Virus record (IMG/VR): IMGVR_UViG_3300025174_000006
Origin: an uncultured virus (IMG/VR IMGVR_UViG_3300025174_000006)
Taxonomy: Duplodnaviria; Heunggongvirae; Uroviricota; Caudoviricetes
Reading direction: 5' to 3' (one strand)
Length of the DNA: 64,000 nucleotides
Shown here in pieces: positions 57,403-64,000 of the stretch. The translations under genes and the position numbers were made by a program. A model generated the notes under the pieces. The model ran no database searches. It saw only the letters and a list, made by a program, of their open reading frames with translations, and was not told the origin of the DNA. Position 1 is the stretch's first letter, and each line of letters opens with the position of its first letter.

Positions 57403-59514
57403 TTACAAATTATCATTATTATTTTGTAAATTCCTTATGAATTCAATAGGATTAACTCCTCCCAAATCTTCAATACGTTGAATGTTTTGAATGAAATTAT
57501 CTAAATTTAATTCAGATTCATTTCCTCTCGAAGTAGAAAGTCTTAAATCTGCAAGCTCTTTATAAGAAATTTCTTTTTCTTGTAAAAATTCCATTATATT
57601 AGTTTTAAATCGGTCAGAACCTTGTCTATTGCAAGTTGCTTTAACTTGGTCAAATTCTAATTTTCCATATTTATCAGCTTTCAATCCAAGCATAAATTTT
57701 TCAGGTTCCCCTCCCTCTCTTTTTTCGTCAATATCTTCTACTATGCATAACACATATTGAGAATTAGAAACTCTATTTACATATGAGCCGGCACAATTTT
57801 TCATGTCCTGCGAAGCCTTAAGGAGTAATTCTGGTGTTCTTATCAATCTTACTTTTAAGTTTTTTTCATATTCTTCAAGAATTTTATATTGTGAAACAAA
57901 ACTTACAAATTCTTTATTTTTAGCATCATTAGAAAGTAAATTAAAATGGTCAATTAATTTATTATGATATTCTTCTAATTCCTCTATTTTTTTTATTTTG
58001 TGGAATTCTTTATTTGAATCCCAGTTGAGCGCTCTAATCATTCTAAGACTATCGTCGTAACTCGTCAAATCAAAACTCTTCAATAAAGTATAATCTAAAG
58101 GTATTTTTGACAATTCTTCCTCATTTACTTCTTGAATTTGTTCTGTGTCTTTAATTAAAAATCTTTCTCTGGCATATTTCAATTCAGTATTAGTTTTATT
58201 AAAAGAAAATAGTTTTTTTCTTTCTAAAGAACTTAAGGCCAACGAAATTATTTGATTAATTTTAAGCATATTCATATCTGCTCTAAATTCTAAGCTATAC
58301 CATAAATTAACTAATAAATTAACATTATTTTTTTTAACAAGTTCTATAAGTTCATTAAATGAAATGAATTTAGTATATTTTATTAAAATTTTATAATCAG
58401 AAAATCTTTCTATTATATTAAAAACATATGGGGAAACACTTTTTTCTTTTATGTCTTCACGCAAAAATCTTTCACCATCTTTATTTTTTCCTGTTTGATT
58501 TTCATTGTTGTTAAATCTGGAAGCATCAAACTTAAACGTTACCTCTCTTCCGCTTTCAGCCTTAAATACATAACCCATTTTTTCAGAATCATAAGCATCT
58601 AATTCTTTGCTTATTTCTTCGTTTTTATAATTTACAAGATAATTGAAAATTTTAAGAGGAGATGTTGCTCCATTATCTGATAACTCTTGTGGATTAGGAA
58701 GTTTGCAATCATTCATCATATCAAAAAGAAATATAGTTCCTTTTGTTAATGCTATTGTAGATAAGTTTGAATAGCAAATTATTCCAAAAAATATTGAGGC
58801 TACTTTTATAATAATGTCCAGTCCTGATTTACCGACCATTTGACTCATTAATTCATCTATTATATTTATGTTCTGTGAATCGGATACAAAATTAGCCATT
58901 CTATTTATAAATAAATGAACATCAAATAATCGTTCAGTTGTCTTTACTTCTCCATAAAGAAAAAACTCTAAAACAATTGACATCACCCTATCAAGATTAA
59001 ATTCAATTTCTTCCTTGCTGAAATCTTTAAAATAAAGTTTTTTGGCAGTTTTATCAAATTTTATCCAAGATAAACTTTCATTTAATTCTAAAGAAGGTTC
59101 ATCTTTTGAAATGACGAAAGGCATTGACCTTTTTTTATCAAAATTTATTTTTGCTATAAATCTTTGTTTTATTAATTTAACATCATTTTCATCTTCATAA
59201 AAACAATATGACTCAAAAAATTGTTTTTCACATTCTTGAATAATTCCAGCCGTTTCCTTAGTTGAATAATCTGTATCGCATTTTTCGCATTTAAGAGAAA
59301 ATCTGGCCATACTATTCTCATCGAATAAACCTGTAATATCACCTATATCAGCTCCTTCTTTTATACTTACTTTCATTTCTGAGGCTACGACCTTTCTATC
59401 TTGTTTGATTAAATGGCCACATTTACAAAAAAATAAATCTGTATCATTTTTTGCGTCATCATAATGAAAAGTAAACTTATTTAATATTTCTTCTTCTTTG
59501 ATTAATTCTCTCAT
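57403..59514 (-). CDS. Large protein with N-terminal Zn ribbon and C-terminal PcfJ domain
   Basis: FCKCG...CEKC; ASQDMKNCAGSY, QVKATCN. Confidence 0.7.
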   Translation of the reverse strand: MRELIKEEEILNKFTFHYDDAKNDTDLFFCKCGHLIKQDRKVVASEMKVSIKEGADIGDITGLFDENSMARFSLKCEKCDTDYSTKETAGIIQECEKQFFESYCFYEDENDVKLIKQRFIAKINFDKKRSMPFVISKDEPSLELNESLSWIKFDKTAKKLYFKDFSKEEIEFNLDRVMSIVLEFFLYGEVKTTERLFDVHLFINRMANFVSDSQNINIIDELMSQMVGKSGLDIIIKVASIFFGIICYSNLSTIALTKGTIFLFDMMNDCKLPNPQELSDNGATSPLKIFNYLVNYKNEEISKELDAYDSEKMGYVFKAESGREVTFKFDASRFNNNENQTGKNKDGERFLREDIKEKSVSPYVFNIIERFSDYKILIKYTKFISFNELIELVKKNNVNLLVNLWYSLEFRADMNMLKINQIISLALSSLERKKLFSFNKTNTELKYARERFLIKDTEQIQEVNEEELSKIPLDYTLLKSFDLTSYDDSLRMIRALNWDSNKEFHKIKKIEELEEYHNKLIDHFNLLSNDAKNKEFVSFVSQYKILEEYEKNLKVRLIRTPELLLKASQDMKNCAGSYVNRVSNSQYVLCIVEDIDEKREGGEPEKFMLGLKADKYGKLEFDQVKATCNRQGSDRFKTNIMEFLQEKEISYKELADLRLSTSRGNESELNLDNFIQNIQRIEDLGGVNPIEFIRNLQNNNDNL

Positions 59515-59619
59515 TTTTTGGATTGTTATTGTTCGCTTTTCAAATTTAAATCAAATAAAGTTAAAAAACAAAAATCCGGACAGTAATACCATCCGGATTT
59601 CTAAATAAAAATTATTTTT

Positions 59620-60417
59620 TTATAAATTTTTCAACTCTTCGTTTATTTTTTTAAGCTCTTCTTCTAACATAGATTTTTTTGCCATTTTACGAGCTTCTCT
59701 TCTGACTGTTTCGATTAATTCTTTTCTGGTATAGCTTTCTTTAAGTTCTACCTGAAGAGCTTCTTTAGGAGCATCTTTTGGCTCCCCATCTTGATTGCTG
59801 TTACCTTGATCGGTTTCTATACCTTTCATAATAGGTGCTTCATCTTTTACAACAGGAGCCTTTTCTTTCACAACGGCTTTAGCTTGACCAGCAGTAACAC
59901 CTTTTCCACCTTTTGCAGCACCTGCCTCAACATATGTTTTTGTTTCTTTATCCGTAAGACCATCCATTGTATTCATTTCTTCTTTGTTTTTTTCAACAAA
60001 TGGTGCAGAAACTTCTTTTTTTGGATTTTCTTTTTTGGATTCAAAAGTTGCGTTGTGTTGACCAGCAGTAACACCTTTTCCGCCTTTTTCTGTGCCGGCT
60101 TTTACACTGACAGCGGTAGCAGCTTTTTGGTCACTACCTAAATTTTTAGCAGTTGAATTTAGTTTCACATCTGCCGGAGCAACTGATGGAGCTTTCCCTG
60201 TTTTAGATTCTGAATTTTTTGTGCTTTTAAAAACAAGAGCCTTATTAGAGTCTCCAAGACCATCATTTTTATTCATTTTTTGATCGATTGGACTCCCGAG
60301 AGATTTAATCTTTGCAGGTTGTTCTTTTTCTTCTGATAATTGTTTTTGGATATTTTTTGCTTCTGCAAGAACCATTTTTTTAAAATCTTCTGCAGTGATT
60401 TTTTTTATATTTGCCAT
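59620..60417 (-). CDS. Lys-rich late protein with internal repeat
   Basis: AG..KGGKGVTAGQ twice; TATTTAT upstream. Confidence 0.65.
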   Translation of the reverse strand: MANIKKITAEDFKKMVLAEAKNIQKQLSEEKEQPAKIKSLGSPIDQKMNKNDGLGDSNKALVFKSTKNSESKTGKAPSVAPADVKLNSTAKNLGSDQKAATAVSVKAGTEKGGKGVTAGQHNATFESKKENPKKEVSAPFVEKNKEEMNTMDGLTDKETKTYVEAGAAKGGKGVTAGQAKAVVKEKAPVVKDEAPIMKGIETDQGNSNQDGEPKDAPKEALQVELKESYTRKELIETVRREARKMAKKSMLEEELKKINEELKNL

Positions 60418-60477
60418 TTTTTCTATTGTTTTTTAGAATAAATAGCGTGAAAAAAGGAAAATCAAGAATTTAAAGTG

Positions 60478-60969
60478 TTATTTAATCCATGGAAAATCTT
60501 TTCTGAACAATACTTTTGTTTTTTCATTTCTGTTTAAATCACTTTCTGTTATTTCTTTAAAATATTCTTCGGCAGTTTTTTTAAGAAGGACTATTTTATG
60601 CGTATCTAAATCCTCTTTAATAAAAGCAGTACTTCTATTTCTTCTAAGTAATTCATATTGTTGATATATTGAATTAACTAAAACAGCCCAATTATTTTTA
60701 ACTACTAAATCGAAATGCTTTAAAGCATGGCACGCTTCACACAAAAGAATAAACTCTGCAGTATCATGTTCAGTTCCATTCCACCATTGTAAATGTGCTT
60801 GTAATGACTCTTTATCGCCATTAGTGTATCCACAACCAAGACATGTATCTGAGCCGTTTTCAAAAACATCTTTTATAATTTCATTATATTTTTCTCTGCC
60901 TCCAGGTAGTGATTTTAAAAATTCCTTTTCAGAAGGAGAAATTGACGGTATTAACTTAAAATGTTTCAT
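60478..60969 (-). CDS. HNH-like Zn-binding protein
   Basis: CLGCG...AH...LLCEACHALKH. Confidence 0.6.
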   Translation of the reverse strand: MKHFKLIPSISPSEKEFLKSLPGGREKYNEIIKDVFENGSDTCLGCGYTNGDKESLQAHLQWWNGTEHDTAEFILLCEACHALKHFDLVVKNNWAVLVNSIYQQYELLRRNRSTAFIKEDLDTHKIVLLKKTAEEYFKEITESDLNRNEKTKVLFRKDFPWIK

Positions 60970-61003
60970 ATTTGGATATTAACCAAACAAAGATAGTAAA
61001 ATA

Positions 61004-61585
61004 TTAGCTTTTAACAAAACCAACCTTAATATTATTATTAACAAACATAAAATAACAATTTTTTCCAGAATGTTTTAAACCGGTTGCTCTATAATTGAAA
61101 AACTTAGCATCTTTTCCTGAATAATTTTCAACATAAGAATTAGCTATTTCTTCGTTTTTCATATTAAATTCAAACTCTTGTCTTGATATCGCTTTAATAT
61201 TATCTTTGTTTTTAAGGCACATAAAATATGCGTAATTTTTATCGTCATATGAAGAATATGACCTTACCATAAGAAGCTTTCCTGATATATCTAATTCTTC
61301 CGGCCTGAAATAAAATTGCTCAAGATGTTTTTCACATTTTTCTAAAATACCTACCATCATAGTAAATACCTCTGGAAGCTCTATTTTTCTCTCTTTCCAT
61401 AAATTTTCAATATTTATAACCATATTATACGCTTCGTCGTTCTGACTAATCCCATAAGCAAAATGAGGGTCAAATTTTAGAGATTTTTCAAAAGCATGTA
61501 TTCTGAAAACGTCAATTCTTTTTTCGTTTGATACTATAATAGTTCGTATAAGATTTTCTTTCATTTCATTTAAATATGCATCCAT
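61004..61585 (-). CDS. Hypothetical protein
   Basis: 193-aa ORF. Confidence 0.55.
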   Translation of the reverse strand: MDAYLNEMKENLIRTIIVSNEKRIDVFRIHAFEKSLKFDPHFAYGISQNDEAYNMVINIENLWKERKIELPEVFTMMVGILEKCEKHLEQFYFRPEELDISGKLLMVRSYSSYDDKNYAYFMCLKNKDNIKAISRQEFEFNMKNEEIANSYVENYSGKDAKFFNYRATGLKHSGKNCYFMFVNNNIKVGFVKS

Positions 61586-61678
61586 AGTTCAAAATTAACA
61601 TCAATTTTAAAATAGTGAACGGAAATTTGTTTTTTCTTAGTATTTATAAGAAAATATCTAAGATAAAATACATAAACA

Positions 61679-62200
61679 ATGGAAAAGAAAATCATAAAAA
61701 TATCAGCAAAGCAACTTCAAACAATAATTTCCGAAGAAGCGTCAAGATATAAAAAAGTTTTAGAACTTAAAAGAAAACAAAAATCAATTATATCCCAACT
61801 AAATGAAATGTATGAGGCTCAAGAACTTCAAGAGTTGATGGGTGGAGAAATTAATGTTGATGAGGGATTTAAAGAGATACTTCAAAAAGCTAAAAAAGCT
61901 ATAGGAATGCAAACTCCAGAGGAAAAAAGAGAAGCAGCGTTAGCAAAAATAAATTCAAACAAAAATTTAAAGGCTAAATATGCAGAAGCATTATCGATAA
62001 GCTCAGAAAGAGGAGAAGCTTATATTAAGTATTGGGAAAAATGGCCAAATAGCAACGAAGGTGCAGAATGGGATGAAGCTCAAAAAAATTATGTACCATT
62101 ATCTGATGTTGGACTTTCTAATAGACCTTTAGCTCAAAGACTTGGAGCAGGAACAAGCTCTATGACTACTGGTGGCGGAGCTGGTGCTGTTAAAAAATAA
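61679..62200 (+). CDS. Hypothetical late protein
   Basis: IKIS..QL..II.EE N-terminus; GTATTTATA upstream. Confidence 0.65.
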   Translation: MEKKIIKISAKQLQTIISEEASRYKKVLELKRKQKSIISQLNEMYEAQELQELMGGEINVDEGFKEILQKAKKAIGMQTPEEKREAALAKINSNKNLKAKYAEALSISSERGEAYIKYWEKWPNSNEGAEWDEAQKNYVPLSDVGLSNRPLAQRLGAGTSSMTTGGGAGAVKK

Positions 62201-62222
62201 ACATATAAATATTTAAACATTA

Positions 62223-62246
62223 GAAAAGACTCCTCGGAGTCTTTTC
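62223..62246. terminator. Bidirectional terminator
   Basis: GAAAAGACTCC-TC-GGAGTCTTTTC between convergent genes. Confidence 0.75.
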
Positions 62247-62250
62247 TGTT

Positions 62251-62679
62251 TTAAGTAAGTGCTAATATTTTTTTATCTATTTCTGTTAATGAAGAAATTC
62301 CTTTTTCACTTATTTTATCCAATACAGCATCTGAATTGAGATTTTCTCTAATAAATGAAGTTGTCAAGTAATTTAAATAATCTTTTTTCGATTCTCCAGA
62401 TATTTCTAATGAATTACCAAATAAAACAAACTTTGTGATGTCTTCATAGGAAAAATTAATTTCACATCTCAAATATTCGGTAAATAATTTTTCAATTGTC
62501 GAATCATCAACAACTGCATACATTGCTTCAAATCCTTCTTTTGTAGTAAATTCAATACATTCAAAAGAATTATATAACTCACATAATTCCACTACATAAG
62601 AATCTTCAAGTTTTCCAACAATTGTTTCCATTTGTTTAACTGTGTGTTTTGTTATTACTTTAATGAATTTCATAATCAT
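62251..62679 (-). CDS. Hypothetical protein
   Basis: C-terminal D.VLDKI...GI.SLT..DK..L motif. Confidence 0.6.
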   Translation of the reverse strand: MIMKFIKVITKHTVKQMETIVGKLEDSYVVELCELYNSFECIEFTTKEGFEAMYAVVDDSTIEKLFTEYLRCEINFSYEDITKFVLFGNSLEISGESKKDYLNYLTTSFIRENLNSDAVLDKISEKGISSLTEIDKKILALT

Positions 62680-62750
62680 TAGTTTTTAATAAATACTAAT
62701 CCTTTCCTATTAAAACGAATTTTAGCACAATTTGTTGCAAAATTTTAAAT

Positions 62751-63017
62751 TTAAGAGAATATCATTCTCGTATTTGATTGGAAAATACAATAATAATCTC
62801 CATCTTCGTATTTTGTATTCCAAATACCATTTTTTGTTTTTTCATCCCACTCAGCAACAGCTTCTTGTTTTGATACATTTTTTGTTATATCAATCCATAA
62901 ATTATCAAATCTGTCATATAGCCTTACAATATATTCTTCTTTTTCTTCTAAAGAATCAATAATTCGATGACGTTCTAATATTCTTTGATTCTTTTCATAC
63001 TTTGTTCTTTTGCTCAT
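62751..63017 (-). CDS. Hypothetical protein
   Basis: 88-aa ORF coupled to the MTase gene. Confidence 0.55.
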   Translation of the reverse strand: MSKRTKYEKNQRILERHRIIDSLEEKEEYIVRLYDRFDNLWIDITKNVSKQEAVAEWDEKTKNGIWNTKYEDGDYYCIFQSNTRMIFS

Positions 63018-63018
63018 A

Positions 63019-63675
63019 TTATTTACAGTTTTTTAAATAAACACATTCCATATGTTTTTTATTAGTTCCCATCATCTCTTTTAATGATTTAAAATTTAAC
63101 CATTTATCATTTTGATTACCACAAACTATAACCTGTGTATCTAAAGAATTTATTATATTTTTAAGCTTATCATAATCAACTTTCCAATATGTGTATTTGT
63201 GAGATTGAACGGAATAAGGTGGGTCTATAAAATATGTGAAATTTTCATTTACTGGCATGGTCATAGCATCCTTTTGATAAATTTTCCAATGTTTTATTTT
63301 ATATACTTCGCCTGCAATCCTTTTTCTATCTTTTTCCCACGTACTCCTTACGCTCATTATGTTATTTGGTCGCGCCGCTCCCCTATTTCCTTGATAACCT
63401 ATTAACCACCTTTCTTCATTACTTAAACTTTTTATGGTTCGTAAATCAAAACCAGGAGGAGCATCTGGTAAATTTAAAATATCATTTGCAGTTGCACCTT
63501 GCAAATATTTCCAGATTTTAAAAACTTTATCATATGTTTCATAAAGAATTACATTTTTTTCAAAATATTCTAATGAATATCTTGCAAATCCAGCAAATGG
63601 CTCTATAATAGTGTCTTTTTCTGGAGCTGGATAACATCCTTTGACTTTCGATTTGGTACCGTAATAGCTAATCAT
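63019..63675 (-). CDS. Dam-like DNA adenine methyltransferase
   Basis: YYG.K, IEPFAG, FIDPPY. Confidence 0.8.
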   Translation of the reverse strand: MISYYGTKSKVKGCYPAPEKDTIIEPFAGFARYSLEYFEKNVILYETYDKVFKIWKYLQGATANDILNLPDAPPGFDLRTIKSLSNEERWLIGYQGNRGAARPNNIMSVRSTWEKDRKRIAGEVYKIKHWKIYQKDAMTMPVNENFTYFIDPPYSVQSHKYTYWKVDYDKLKNIINSLDTQVIVCGNQNDKWLNFKSLKEMMGTNKKHMECVYLKNCK

Positions 63676-63763
63676 GTTTTTATGTTTTTAATTGTTTATG
63701 CAAAAATACTATTTTTTTATTAACATTGTTGTTTGCTGGATATTTTTTAATTAAAATTGCACT

Positions 63764-64000
63764 ATGGAAAATAATGTTACAAAAATAGAAAAAGAAGGCG
63801 TTTCATATATATGTGCCCCTGATTTAAAAAAACAACATATTAACAAATTCATAAGCTTCACTCCGTTTGAGATAGAAAGATGCGCTCAATTTTCTATTGA
63901 TATGATGAACAATAAGAACAAACCCAGAGGAAAACACGCAAAAGAAAACAGGCAAAGAGATGATGAAGAATATCTTTTCAACTGGTTTATTGGCTCATTG
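63764..64000 (+). CDS. 5' part of a hypothetical protein (truncated)
   Basis: ATG 63764, open to the window end. Confidence 0.5.
   Translation, partial: MENNVTKIEKEGVSYICAPDLKKQHINKFISFTPFEIERCAQFSIDMMNNKNKPRGKHAKENRQRDDEEYLFNWFIGSL

Noticed and set aside
485..63405. Many short antisense or overlapping ORFs in the track (e.g. 485-736, 1638-2087, 16676-17056, 34974-35180, 59791-60141)
   Set aside because: They shadow better-supported genes or RNA genes on the opposite strand and have F/S/L-rich antisense composition.

Overview
AT-rich, gene-dense window that reads as part of a jumbo/mega bacteriophage genome (standard code 11), most likely with a Bacteroidota host: many TAnnTTTG/TTTG sigma70-type promoters and a DUF3127-type SSB-like gene. 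A second, phage-like TATTTA(T) upstream motif precedes putative virion/late genes. Recognisable genes: thyA, dNMP kinase, cysC, a sulfotransferase, SufE, two DNA methyltransferases, several homing-type endonucleases, several PcfJ-domain proteins, a monomeric mitochondrial-type PheRS, an IS607 element that splits a PcfJ gene, and a transposase-less RHH+TnpB cassette. The most unusual content is non-coding. (1) At 1.2-1.7 kb, after a conserved phage/bacterial hypothetical gene, there is a pseudoknotted RNA, a ~280-nt RNA containing a circularly permuted tRNA-like domain with hexamer-periodic arms, and a Leu-type tRNA with a doubled anticodon arm. (2) At 35.0-35.3 kb there are three tandem non-canonical tRNA-Phe(GAA)-like genes, which may be substrates of the phage PheRS. 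Two short peptide tags recur across unrelated proteins: an N-terminal E..R..LAG..E leader and an R-x-V-[LI]-x-E-K motif. All family assignments are by eye from motifs; no searches were run.
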